Source: Candidatus Altimarinota bacterium (lineage in GTDB: Bacteria > Patescibacteriota > Gracilibacteria > UBA1369 > GCA-2718715). Taken from it: a DNA stretch of 64,000 nt. Below are positions 9,569 to 19,324 of the stretch, piece after piece. Within the stretch, counting starts at the first letter, position 1. The number at the start of each line of letters is the position of its first letter. Below the pieces are notes generated by a model. That model saw only the letters and a list, made by a program, of their open reading frames with translations, ran no database searches and was not told where the DNA came from. The stretch is from NCBI GenBank assembly GCA_041242255.1, contig JBESAV010000001.1:480001-544000 (forward strand), given 5' to 3'. A program made the translations under genes and the position numbers.

Positions 9569-11617
9569 ATGTCTAAACTTACCAAAAAACAAGCACAAGA
9601 AAGGATTAATCAACTCAAGCAAGCCATAATTTCTTGGAACCAAGAGTATTTCCAAAACGATAACACAATTTTCCCAGAATCAACCCGCGACCAATTAAAG
9701 GCAGAACTCATTCAACTTGAAAAAGATTTCCCAGAGTTTTTAACTAAAGATTCACCATCTCAAGTAGTTGGTGCTGGCCTATCAGAGAAATTCACTAAAA
9801 TAGAGCACATAACTCCAAAGAAAAGTTTAGACGATGTTTTTTCAGAAGAAGAACTTTTAGATTTTGTTAACAGAGTAAAAAAGTTCTTAACTCCTGACGA
9901 AGAAAAGCATTTAGAGTTCACCATTGAACCGAAAATAGATGGCTTAAACGTCACAGTCTGGTACAAGCAGGGTATCCTTCACACAGCCCTTACTAGAGGA
10001 AACGGTAAAGTGGGGGAGTCAGTTACCCATACGGTTAAAACAATTTCAAATCTTCCCCATAAACTTGCATACCCAATCGACCTTGAAGTAACCGGAGAGG
10101 TCTTCATTTCCAAAGCTAATTTCCAAAAGATAAATCAACAAAGCTCACAGCAGTACGCCAACCCAAGAAATCTAGCCGCAGGCTCCATCCGTCAAATTGA
10201 TCCAGAAGCAGCTCGTGAAAGAATGCTAAGTATAAATTTATATTCAATTGGAAACCTCAATCTCCGAAAATCCAAACTTAAATCACCTGAAACACAAGAA
10301 GAAATCTTTAAATTCTTCGACAAACTTAACCTCCCACATCAACACCAATTCTCAGTACATAAAACAGAAAAACAAATCATTTCCCAGATCAAAAAACTAA
10401 CTCAAAACAGAGATTCACATCCATATGAAATAGATGGACTAGTCATAAAAGTTAATCAACTAAACCTTAGAGAAAAACTAGGCTACAAGGCTAAAACTCC
10501 ACGCTACGCATGCGCCTACAAATTCCCAGCCACTACCAAACCAACCAAAGTTTTAGATATAACCATTCAAGTTGGTAGAACTGGTAGTCTCACACCAGTA
10601 GCAGAATTAGAACCAGTCCACATAGATGGAACAACCGTTTCTAGAGCCACTCTTCACAATCAAGACGAGATAGATCGTAAAGATGTTCGAGTAGGGGACA
10701 CCGTGGTAGTGAGAAAAGCAGGAGATATTATTCCTGAAGTAGTAAACGTTTTAACAGAATTCAGAACTGGAAATGAGGAAAAATATCAAATCCCTGACTT
10801 CTGCCCAGTCTGTAATAAACCCGCACAACGTGAAAAAGATGAGGCCGTAAAAAGATGCGTAAACCCAGACTGCCCTGCTAAACAACAAGCTCGTTATGAA
10901 CACTTCATTTCCAGGCAAGGATTTAATATCGATGGTTTAGGCCCAAAAGTTATTGAACAACTTTTGCAGGAGGGACTTATCCACAATTTTTCTGACCTCT
11001 TCAAACTTTCTGCAAAAGACCTTATGCCACTCCCGCTTTTCAAAGAGCAAAAAACCCAAAACATCCTAGATAGCATCTCCAATTCCAAACACATCCCGGT
11101 CCATAATTTCTTATTCAGCTTAGGTATCAGAAACATCGGAATCCAATCAGCCCAGGACCTTTCCTCATACATCTTCGCAAAGCAACAAGGTCAAACTATT
11201 ACCCCATTAGAGCTCCTAAAAGAAATTCAAGACCATAGCTTAGATGATCTAACTAAAATAGATGGATTTGGAGAGAAAACCTTAGAGTACTTCCACAAAT
11301 GGTTCTCCAACTCTAAAAATCAAGAGCTTCTAAACTCTCTCACCAAATCAGGAATAACCATAGAAATACCAGAAAAGCAAACCACATCAGGAGTACTCAA
11401 TAACCAGACTTTTCTTTTCACTGGTAAACTTCAAAACTTCGATCGCTCAACTGCCAAAACTTTAGTAGAAAACTATGGCGGAAAAAATGCCACCTCAGTT
11501 TCCAAAAAACTAGACTATCTTGTGATCGGAGAAAAACCAGGGTCAAAACTCAAGAAAGCCGAAGAGGCAGGAGTCAAAGTAATCACTGAAGAAGAATTCC
11601 TTCAAATGATCAACTAA
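9569..11617 (+). CDS. ligA: NAD-dependent DNA ligase
   Basis: EPKIDG adenylation motif, TRGNG..GE, NPRNLAAGS, OB fold (QVGRTG), C4 zinc finger, HhH, C-terminal BRCT. Confidence 0.98.
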   Translation: MSKLTKKQAQERINQLKQAIISWNQEYFQNDNTIFPESTRDQLKAELIQLEKDFPEFLTKDSPSQVVGAGLSEKFTKIEHITPKKSLDDVFSEEELLDFVNRVKKFLTPDEEKHLEFTIEPKIDGLNVTVWYKQGILHTALTRGNGKVGESVTHTVKTISNLPHKLAYPIDLEVTGEVFISKANFQKINQQSSQQYANPRNLAAGSIRQIDPEAARERMLSINLYSIGNLNLRKSKLKSPETQEEIFKFFDKLNLPHQHQFSVHKTEKQIISQIKKLTQNRDSHPYEIDGLVIKVNQLNLREKLGYKAKTPRYACAYKFPATTKPTKVLDITIQVGRTGSLTPVAELEPVHIDGTTVSRATLHNQDEIDRKDVRVGDTVVVRKAGDIIPEVVNVLTEFRTGNEEKYQIPDFCPVCNKPAQREKDEAVKRCVNPDCPAKQQARYEHFISRQGFNIDGLGPKVIEQLLQEGLIHNFSDLFKLSAKDLMPLPLFKEQKTQNILDSISNSKHIPVHNFLFSLGIRNIGIQSAQDLSSYIFAKQQGQTITPLELLKEIQDHSLDDLTKIDGFGEKTLEYFHKWFSNSKNQELLNSLTKSGITIEIPEKQTTSGVLNNQTFLFTGKLQNFDRSTAKTLVENYGGKNATSVSKKLDYLVIGEKPGSKLKKAEEAGVKVITEEEFLQMIN

Positions 11618-13319
11618 AAAAACTAGCCACCTCATCCACCGAAAGACCATCTTCAGCTTCTTCTTCGATCAAACCAGGTTCAGGTTCACCAGTCGTAGGG
11701 GCTAGATCAAAAGCATTATGCTTTACTTTTTTACTTTGAGATTTACGTGACATCTCAGCTGCAATACTCACATCAACAATCAGCTTTAAATCTACTTTCC
11801 CACCAAGTTTTTCTTCCAAGTCATCCGTTAGTTCATTTACAAGTTCAGGCTTATTTGCTTGTTCAAAAGGGAAGTTAGAATTAAATTTCACAACCACAGA
11901 CTCTTCTTCAATAGCAATTTTAGTAGCTTGCAAAGCCCTTTTTAAAATAGCTGACTTCGTTTCATCTACTACCATTTTCCAAACTTCATCAATTTTCTTT
12001 TGATCAATTCCACTCAAATCAGCCTTATCTTTATCTTTTGATTTCTTTTTATCATCAGATACTTTTTTCTTTTTTACTATCTTAATGTCATCACTCTCCA
12101 AAATCTTTTTAACACCCTCATCTACTTTTCCCTTTTCCTTTGGATTCGGTTTAGAATCCAAATCAACAGCAACCTCAGCCTCAACTTGAGGTTCAGCTTC
12201 TACAACTTTATCAGGCACTTTTTCCGCTACAGCTTTTTTAGCAATCACCTTGGCCCCGGCAACTTTACTTGGAGCCGGAACTTCTATATTTATTCCAGCA
12301 AAATGATTGGCAGTTTTCACAGCAAATACTTCCAAAGGAAGGCTACTAACACTAGCATCCTTAAACACATCCCAGATCTTTTGCCAGCTTTCTACCAAAA
12401 ACAAACATTGCGACTGTCCAGCTGCATCATCTTCAAAAACAGCCTTTTGCAAATTATCCCTAAGCAAAGATGTCATATCCATACCAATCTGCTGTGATCC
12501 ATATCCAAAGTTATTAATATTCACAACTTTCTCGGTAGCCTTCATCACATCTCCTTCAAGAATCCTTTCAATCAATTCCATCAGCTCATCTTCAGGAGTT
12601 ACACCCAAAACCTGACTAATCTCCTCTTTGGCAGTTAGTCCACTGGCTGATACTTGATCCAAAAGGGATATCGCATCTCTCATTCCACCCTTAGCTTTTC
12701 TTACAACCAGTCTCAGAGCCTCTTCATCTATCCCAAATCCTTCTTCCTGGTTGATATAGTTAATTCTTTCAAAGATATCAACCTCCATTATTCGTTTAAA
12801 ATCATATCTCTGACACCTTGAAATTATAGTATCAGGTATTTTATGAACCTCAGTAGTTGCTAAAATAAAGTAAACATTTTCCGGTGGTTCCTCCAAGGTC
12901 TTCAATAATGCATTAAACGCCTCTTTAGTAAGCATATGCACCTCATCAATTATATAAACCTTGTTTTTTGCATGATAAGGGTTGAACTGCACCGAGTCTC
13001 TCAGCTCACGAATCTCATCAATCCCTCTATTTGAAGCTGCATCTATCTCAATCACATCCACCAGAGATCCTTCACTAATCTCCTTACACATTTCACACTC
13101 ATTGCATGGTTCAATTTTTTCATTATCAAAGTTCAAACAGTTCACAGACTTAGCAATCAACCTCGCCGAAGTCGTTTTCCCAGTCCCTCTAGGTCCACAG
13201 AAAAGATAAGCATGAGCTAAACGTTCCAATTCAATACCTTTTTGCAAAGTTTTCTTAATGTGCTGTTGACCATAAAGGTCATTAAAATTTTGAGGTCTAT
13301 ATTTAAGATAGAGAGACAT
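11610..13319 (-). CDS. dnaX: DNA polymerase III subunit gamma/tau
   Basis: LYLKYRPQ.F, GPRGTGKTT, EIDAASNRG, IIDEVHML, LLKTLEEPP, SRC, GGMRDA. Confidence 0.97.
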   Translation of the reverse strand: MSLYLKYRPQNFNDLYGQQHIKKTLQKGIELERLAHAYLFCGPRGTGKTTSARLIAKSVNCLNFDNEKIEPCNECEMCKEISEGSLVDVIEIDAASNRGIDEIRELRDSVQFNPYHAKNKVYIIDEVHMLTKEAFNALLKTLEEPPENVYFILATTEVHKIPDTIISRCQRYDFKRIMEVDIFERINYINQEEGFGIDEEALRLVVRKAKGGMRDAISLLDQVSASGLTAKEEISQVLGVTPEDELMELIERILEGDVMKATEKVVNINNFGYGSQQIGMDMTSLLRDNLQKAVFEDDAAGQSQCLFLVESWQKIWDVFKDASVSSLPLEVFAVKTANHFAGINIEVPAPSKVAGAKVIAKKAVAEKVPDKVVEAEPQVEAEVAVDLDSKPNPKEKGKVDEGVKKILESDDIKIVKKKKVSDDKKKSKDKDKADLSGIDQKKIDEVWKMVVDETKSAILKRALQATKIAIEEESVVVKFNSNFPFEQANKPELVNELTDDLEEKLGGKVDLKLIVDVSIAAEMSRKSQSKKVKHNAFDLAPTTGEPEPGLIEEEAEDGLSVDEVASFFS

Positions 13320-13358
13320 AAATACTATTAATTTTACTCAACCTTAACATGTCCAATA

Positions 13359-14477
13359 TCAAATATTTACTTGATTTTTCTTTTCTCTATTTACAACCTC
13401 CTCAATTTTTTCTTTAAATATTTCCTTTCTAAATTTCCTAGCTGCTTTCACAGCATTTTTACTGTCAAAGTCTTTCTCAAGCCATTTTTTAAACTCATTA
13501 AACTTCTCCACAAAATTTTCAACATCCTGTTCTTCAAAAAGTATTCCCGTCTTACCATCTATAACTGTCTCCAAAAGACCACCTTTCCCATAACCAAACA
13601 CAGGTCTTCCAGAGGCCATTGTTTCAACTGGAGTTATTCCAAAGTCTTCCTCACTACAAAATATCAAACCCTTACACTTTTTCATTAGTTTAGCCACTTC
13701 TTCATCTGGTCTAAAGCCTAGAAATTCTATGTTTTTATCTCCTTTTGCAAGTCTCTCCAAATACTCTCTATCGGAACCATCTCCAACCACCTTAAGTTTC
13801 TCTCCAAGCTTCTTAAAAGCATTAACTGCCAAATCAATCCTCTTATAACGAGTCAAAGTAGAAACTATCAGATAGTAATCACCAACCTCATCAGAAACCT
13901 CAAAGCGATCTACTTCCACCGGAGGGTAGATCACCTCAGAGTCCCTCCGGTAATATTTCTTTATTCTTTTTTGGACATTTTCAGAATTAGCAATAACTAC
14001 ATCAGATCTCTGCGCTGCCAAGTAATCCCATTCTCGTACGGGTTTCCTCAGGAAATCAACCAACACACTTTTCCATCCAGTCCACCCTTTCTCCTCTAGG
14101 TATTCGTTTTTCCAATCCCACAAAAATCTTGCCGGAGAATGATAGTAAACTACATGCAAACAATCAGTATTAGTCACAACACCGTGCGCAAAAGAGTTAC
14201 TGGAGCAAATAACCAAATCATACTCACTCAGGTCAAACCTCTCAATTTCCTTTGTAAGTCTATTGATTCCAATTCGAAAGAATTTTCTTCTCAACCACCC
14301 CCATCCTTGCAGTCGAGATCCAAAAAATTTCACTCCCTTATATTTTTTCTCAACTAAAGATTTATCGTACATTAAGCAAAAAACATCAGCCTTAGGATAT
14401 ATTTCAAGCAAACTACTTAACACCCTTTCAGCTCCACCAAGCTTAGTGACATACTCGTGTACGATTGCAACTTTCAT
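13359..14477 (-). CDS. glycosyltransferase family 4 (GT-B)
   Basis: KVAIVHE...GGAERV, YYHSPAR, EDFGITPVETMASG. Confidence 0.92.
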   Translation of the reverse strand: MKVAIVHEYVTKLGGAERVLSSLLEIYPKADVFCLMYDKSLVEKKYKGVKFFGSRLQGWGWLRRKFFRIGINRLTKEIERFDLSEYDLVICSSNSFAHGVVTNTDCLHVVYYHSPARFLWDWKNEYLEEKGWTGWKSVLVDFLRKPVREWDYLAAQRSDVVIANSENVQKRIKKYYRRDSEVIYPPVEVDRFEVSDEVGDYYLIVSTLTRYKRIDLAVNAFKKLGEKLKVVGDGSDREYLERLAKGDKNIEFLGFRPDEEVAKLMKKCKGLIFCSEEDFGITPVETMASGRPVFGYGKGGLLETVIDGKTGILFEEQDVENFVEKFNEFKKWLEKDFDSKNAVKAARKFRKEIFKEKIEEVVNREKKNQVNI

Positions 14478-14502
14478 ATTTTTTTCTGAATCATACCAGA
14501 TT

Positions 14503-15141
14503 CTAATCTCCTTTCAATCTCCCAGCCGCCAACGCAAATCGTCTTATATTGCTTTGCTGAAACCCTGCCTCTACAAGTATAGACTCTACGGCATTAAATG
14601 TAGCTCCTGTAGTCATCACATCATCTACAATCAGTACACATGCTCCATAGTCGATCCCTTCTAATTCTATAAACTCAAAAGCCCCTTGCATATTTTTCTC
14701 TCGTTCCTTCTTTCTCATCAAGCTACTAGATTTATCAAATTTAACTCTCTTAATCATTCGGGCAACTCGTCCATAACCTAATTCCTCCATCATCTTTCCA
14801 AGTAAAAAACTCTGATTAAAACCTCTAAAGCAATACCTCTTAAATGTAGTTGGTATATAAACAATATACTCAAAATGCTCCATATCAATCCCTTTCAAAA
14901 ACTTCCTCCAATACATATATGATCTTTTATCAAAGCTGTATTTAGCTTTAAGCATAAGAGTACGAATCCTACCCGAATAAGGAAAAAGTGCCCATGTCCG
15001 TGCCTCGATCAAATCTAAATTCATATCTCCTTTAATCGATTCCTCACAAGCTGTACAAACAGACTCTTCTTGACCTAAAGTCTCAAATCCACAAATAACA
15101 CAATGCCTCCCAAATATAATTTTTTCTAAATATCTAATCAT
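14503..15141 (-). CDS. comF: ComF family competence protein (zinc ribbon + PRTase domain)
   Basis: CxxC...CxxC, RGFNQS, LIVDDVMTTGAT. Confidence 0.88.
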   Translation of the reverse strand: MIRYLEKIIFGRHCVICGFETLGQEESVCTACEESIKGDMNLDLIEARTWALFPYSGRIRTLMLKAKYSFDKRSYMYWRKFLKGIDMEHFEYIVYIPTTFKRYCFRGFNQSFLLGKMMEELGYGRVARMIKRVKFDKSSSLMRKKEREKNMQGAFEFIELEGIDYGACVLIVDDVMTTGATFNAVESILVEAGFQQSNIRRFALAAGRLKGD

Positions 15142-15253
15142 ATTCCAACTTATGTTTACTCAAATCATAGACTTAGAAGCTTAACAAAAATTAAAATAAA
15201 TTTGAGTTATTGCTGATTATCATGCTATATTCTTGACAATGTAATATATACCC

Positions 15254-16222
15254 ATGAGAAAAAAATCATTAGCAATGATCACTGCCACTCTGATGACAGC
15301 TTCAGCGTGTACAGAAGATCCAAACAACAACATGAGTCAAGACATGGAACCACGCATCAATAACGCACCGATCCCACCTGAGGACTTCGGTACTAAAGAT
15401 GCAGGTATGGATATGAATTCTCCAGATATGCAAATCATAGAGGATATGGGGGCAAGAATTGATATGGCAATGGATCTAGGCGAAGCAGACCTTGGATCAC
15501 CTGACATGGGTGTAGATATGAGCGAAGATATGGGAGTTTCACCTATAGGTTACAATCTAGACATAACATGCGACGCATATGAAGAATGTCTACAGGCAGC
15601 TACAAGTATTCAACCAAGAACACCAAACGATCCAGAATATATTCTCTCAAGATACGGCCTAGGTGGATATCCAGAAGAGACAACACAAATCCAAGAACAA
15701 AACAGGCAATCAGGTATAATCAACCGCCAACCTGGCCTCAATGAAGCTGCAACAATATTAAATCCACTAGGAGAGCAAAGCTCAACAGGTCTTATAGTTG
15801 ACGGAACATTCTGTATTTTACCTGAAGAATCTCAAGTTAGATTAATAAGTGTTACTGAACCAAACGTGCCATTTGATAGTTGTGAGCCAACTGCGGAGGC
15901 TTGTACTGTAACTTTTGAATACATCAGCCTCGCTCCTTCAAACTGGTCTGATCTAAGAATAGTAATGAAATTTGAATGTCCTGATTCATCAGTTCCTTCA
16001 GTTGATGGTATTGATGCAGTTCTTACAAACCCAGATGATAATGAATATTCAGCATTTGTAAGCCTTCAAGATACTTATAGTGTCTCACCTAACAACTGTT
16101 TATTAGATCCAGACTTCGTTTTAATTGCCGAAACTTGCAAAAACTTTAACGATCAAATACCTGACGAGTACCCTGTATATACAGGTGAAAGATTCAAATC
16201 TTCTCTAAGAATTTCAAGATGA
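15254..16222 (+). CDS. putative lipoprotein with D-M-G low-complexity linker and Cys-rich domain
   Basis: Lipobox-like TASAC; repeats DAGMDM, DMG, DMAMDLG, PDMG, EDMG. Confidence 0.72.
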   Translation: MRKKSLAMITATLMTASACTEDPNNNMSQDMEPRINNAPIPPEDFGTKDAGMDMNSPDMQIIEDMGARIDMAMDLGEADLGSPDMGVDMSEDMGVSPIGYNLDITCDAYEECLQAATSIQPRTPNDPEYILSRYGLGGYPEETTQIQEQNRQSGIINRQPGLNEAATILNPLGEQSSTGLIVDGTFCILPEESQVRLISVTEPNVPFDSCEPTAEACTVTFEYISLAPSNWSDLRIVMKFECPDSSVPSVDGIDAVLTNPDDNEYSAFVSLQDTYSVSPNNCLLDPDFVLIAETCKNFNDQIPDEYPVYTGERFKSSLRISR

Positions 16223-16866
16223 ATAATTTCTCAGACAATAACTCAACTTCATTCGGCTTCAATGACTCAAATATAGATCCATTCGACCCATTTGGTCTAG
16301 GTGGATCACAACAATCATCTACTCAGTCAGATTCCTCCAATTCACAGTCAGAAGAATCTGACCAGACCTCCTCTAAACCACCAACAAAGCAGTCAGATAA
16401 GCCTACCCCAAAGAAAGATGATGGAGTTAGAGTAAAAACAGTAAAAGCAGATGACTCCTCAGATGAAACCGAGAACGAAGAAGATAAAACACCTGCTAAT
16501 TTTCAAATTGGAAAGAAAAGTCAAGAAATCAGAATCAAGCTAAAGCCTCATAACTTAAACTTCAACGAAGATTACTTCCTAAAGCTCTTAGCTGGCTCCA
16601 TTTCTCTCAATCGCGATGAAAAGAAAAGGATTTTAGATTCAATCCCAACTCTAAGGCAGTCTCAAATCAATCAACTAATAGAAATATTTGAAGACGAAAA
16701 AAGGAAATTTGCCGATCTCCCAGATAAACATCAGAAAGAACTAGAAAAATTAGATAAAAAGCACCACCTAGAGTGGATGTCTATTGAAGACGAGTATCTA
16801 ATGGGAGAAAAACAGCAAGAAGATCAAGCAAAAGCTGATGAGATTCGAAAAAATTTAGGATTATAA
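16219..16866 (+). CDS. hypothetical protein (paralog of 7549..7917) with low-complexity N-terminus
   Basis: ATGA overlap with the upstream gene; motif SISL...EK...L..IP.L...QI..L..IFE.EK.K. Confidence 0.8.
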   Translation: MNNFSDNNSTSFGFNDSNIDPFDPFGLGGSQQSSTQSDSSNSQSEESDQTSSKPPTKQSDKPTPKKDDGVRVKTVKADDSSDETENEEDKTPANFQIGKKSQEIRIKLKPHNLNFNEDYFLKLLAGSISLNRDEKKRILDSIPTLRQSQINQLIEIFEDEKRKFADLPDKHQKELEKLDKKHHLEWMSIEDEYLMGEKQQEDQAKADEIRKNLGL

Positions 16867-16878
16867 CAAAACTATACA

Positions 16879-17268
16879 ATGAAAAAATTTATCACTCTAT
16901 TAACAGTTTCAATTCTAGTTTCTGGATGCTCTGCAACACCAGAAGATCAAGTTGAAAGCATTGACCAAACTGAAACCAATCAAACTCAGCTTGAAGTTAG
17001 CGAGGAAGAATTAACACAAGAGGAAGCAGACAGACAATCTGAAATCGAAGAAGATCTACAGATTTACGAAACCACAGATCAAGCCAATCAAACTCTAGAG
17101 GACTGTGAAGACTTTAATGATGAAAATGCTAAGTCAGCCTGCCAAGATAATTACCATTTCAATCAAGCAGTTCAATCCAACGACCCATCAAGCTGCCAAA
17201 AAATAAAAGATCCCCAATTCATGGAGATCTGTAATTTTGAATCATCTCAAGAACCGGAGCAGTCTTAG
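16879..17268 (+). CDS. putative lipoprotein with Cys-spaced helical repeats
   Basis: MKKF...LVSGC lipobox; acidic linker; four further Cys. Confidence 0.78.
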   Translation: MKKFITLLTVSILVSGCSATPEDQVESIDQTETNQTQLEVSEEELTQEEADRQSEIEEDLQIYETTDQANQTLEDCEDFNDENAKSACQDNYHFNQAVQSNDPSSCQKIKDPQFMEICNFESSQEPEQS

Positions 17269-17945
17269 AAGTTTTTATTGTATAAGTTATCAGGATCCCA
17301 GCACATTGCTTTTACATATAAAGTACCATTCTGTGCAGGATCTTGAGCTTGCCTAGCGTAACCATAACATGAGTTATTAGACGCGTAAGTGTAAGAACCA
17401 TCATGTTTATAATCCATATAATAGTCATATAGACGTGACGTACATGAAACCAAATACGTTGTAGATGGGCACGTAGCATAAGTCGTATGATATGTTCCTA
17501 AGCTACTATCAGTTAAACTTTTTGAACCAGTCACTTCATACATATATCCGATAGATCGTGCTTTTAAGTGAGAGTTAATATCAACTTCATATGATGCAGA
17601 CCCTGAACCAATCTCAAGCTCAGTCACACCTCTCATATCTACATAAGCCGAATTTATATCAATAGTCTGAGTTTCTGAACAACCAATACATCCCTGAATA
17701 TTATCAGCTACAAAGTCCCTTACCGTTAAACCTTTAATGAAAGAAGTTCCACTAGTGTCACTAACGTCAAGTCTCCCATTAACAGTCAACCCATCAAAAA
17801 CAGGACTTATAAATCCATTCGGTGGTTCATTTGAAGGCCCACTAAAACTATTCGCAGCTACTAAACCAGCAAACCCTACCATGGTTATACCAAGTACCAT
17901 TCCAGCTAATACCCCTGAAATCTTTTTACAAAATTTTGTTACCAT
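17265..17945 (-). CDS. secreted/membrane-anchored protein with Cys/Tyr-rich C-terminal domain (adhesin-like)
   Basis: N-terminal TM, P..EPPNG..SP motif, beta-rich middle, C-terminal ATCP...LVSC...C...VKAMC. Confidence 0.72.
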   Translation of the reverse strand: MVTKFCKKISGVLAGMVLGITMVGFAGLVAANSFSGPSNEPPNGFISPVFDGLTVNGRLDVSDTSGTSFIKGLTVRDFVADNIQGCIGCSETQTIDINSAYVDMRGVTELEIGSGSASYEVDINSHLKARSIGYMYEVTGSKSLTDSSLGTYHTTYATCPSTTYLVSCTSRLYDYYMDYKHDGSYTYASNNSCYGYARQAQDPAQNGTLYVKAMCWDPDNLYNKNF

Positions 17946-18068
17946 CTCAAACTAATTAATTATCAGATTATTATAACATAAAACCCTAAAACCAAAAAGT
18001 CTTATTCATTCCGAAATAAGTAAAAACTAACTACAATATTGTCTGAACTTTTAGCAGAGAAACAACAA

Positions 18069-19322
18069 ATGTTTAAATTCCTAAAAAAGAAAAACAATTC
18101 CAAAAACCTCCTCGCTTTAGATATTGGTACTGAATTCGTAAAAGCTATAATCTTAGAAATCCCAGAAGACTCAGTAAAACCAAAGATTATTGGATTTGGA
18201 AAATACCCACAAAAGCTTGGTGATATGCACAACGGTGCAATTATGGATATAACTTCTGTTATCGAAAACAGCAAAGAAGCTATCCTACAGGCTCAAGATG
18301 ATGCTGGTGTTGAACCATCTCAGATAATTCTTGGAATGGCAGGGGAGCTCGTGAAAGGTGATGTGACGACTATTGAGTATAAAAGAAAAAAACCAGACAA
18401 AAAAATAGATCTAGATGAACTACAAGAAATCGTCCAGAAGGTCCAAAGAGAGGCCTTCCAAAAAGCTAGACAAAAAATTGCCGAAGATACTGGATTCCCT
18501 GAACCAGAGATAAAGCTGGTAAATGCCGCTATAGTTGCAGTAAATATTGATGGCTATAAAGTCACAAATCCAATCGGCTTCCAAGGGGAAAACGTAAAAA
18601 TAACTATCTTTAACGCCTTTTCTCCACTAGTGCATTTCGGATCCCTCCAAACAATTGGCGATGAGCTTGGCCTAGATCTACTCTCGATTGCAGTTGAGCC
18701 ATACGCGGTATCTAGAAGTTTATCCTACGAAGACGGAGGTGATTACAGTGCTATCTTCATAGATATTGGTGGAGGAACTACCGATATAGCAGTTGTCCAA
18801 AATGGAGCCTGCATGGGTACCAAAATGTTTACATTGGGTGGGCGTTCATTTACCAAGAGATTGTCTCAGATTTTAAATATTTCTCTAAAAGAAGCGGAAG
18901 ATATCAAGTTAGCTTATTCTGATGATGAACTAGACAGAGACAGCTTCCAGAAAGTAAGAGATGCTTTCAAGGTAGATAGTCAGGTTTGGGTTTCAGGAGT
19001 TGAACTAAGTTTATCTGAATTTGATCATTTAGATTCTCTTCCTTCCAAGATATATATATGTGGAGGAGGAAGCCACCTTCCAGAGATCAAAGAAGTCCTA
19101 GAAGACCAAGCTTGGCAGAAAAACCTACCCTTCATCAAACCTCCAAAGGTCTCATTCCTTGTTCCAGAATACATTTCCAGTCTTGAAGACATGACGGATT
19201 CTTTAAAAGATCCATCGGATATTACACCTTTAGCTTTAGCTAATCTTGGAGTACCTCTCTCACAACAGGAGGACTCACTTAGAAGTGTTTTAAGAAAAGT
19301 CATAAAATTAATGCAAGTTTAG
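18069..19322 (+). CDS. ftsA: FtsA-like actin-fold ATPase
   Basis: LALDIGTE, IDIGGGTTDI, GG..FT, GGGSHL, C-terminal amphipathic helix. ATG 18069 is preferred over TTG 18039 because TACAAT at 18032-18037 lies too close to the TTG. Confidence 0.8.
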   Translation: MFKFLKKKNNSKNLLALDIGTEFVKAIILEIPEDSVKPKIIGFGKYPQKLGDMHNGAIMDITSVIENSKEAILQAQDDAGVEPSQIILGMAGELVKGDVTTIEYKRKKPDKKIDLDELQEIVQKVQREAFQKARQKIAEDTGFPEPEIKLVNAAIVAVNIDGYKVTNPIGFQGENVKITIFNAFSPLVHFGSLQTIGDELGLDLLSIAVEPYAVSRSLSYEDGGDYSAIFIDIGGGTTDIAVVQNGACMGTKMFTLGGRSFTKRLSQILNISLKEAEDIKLAYSDDELDRDSFQKVRDAFKVDSQVWVSGVELSLSEFDHLDSLPSKIYICGGGSHLPEIKEVLEDQAWQKNLPFIKPPKVSFLVPEYISSLEDMTDSLKDPSDITPLALANLGVPLSQQEDSLRSVLRKVIKLMQV

Positions 19323-19324
19323 AT

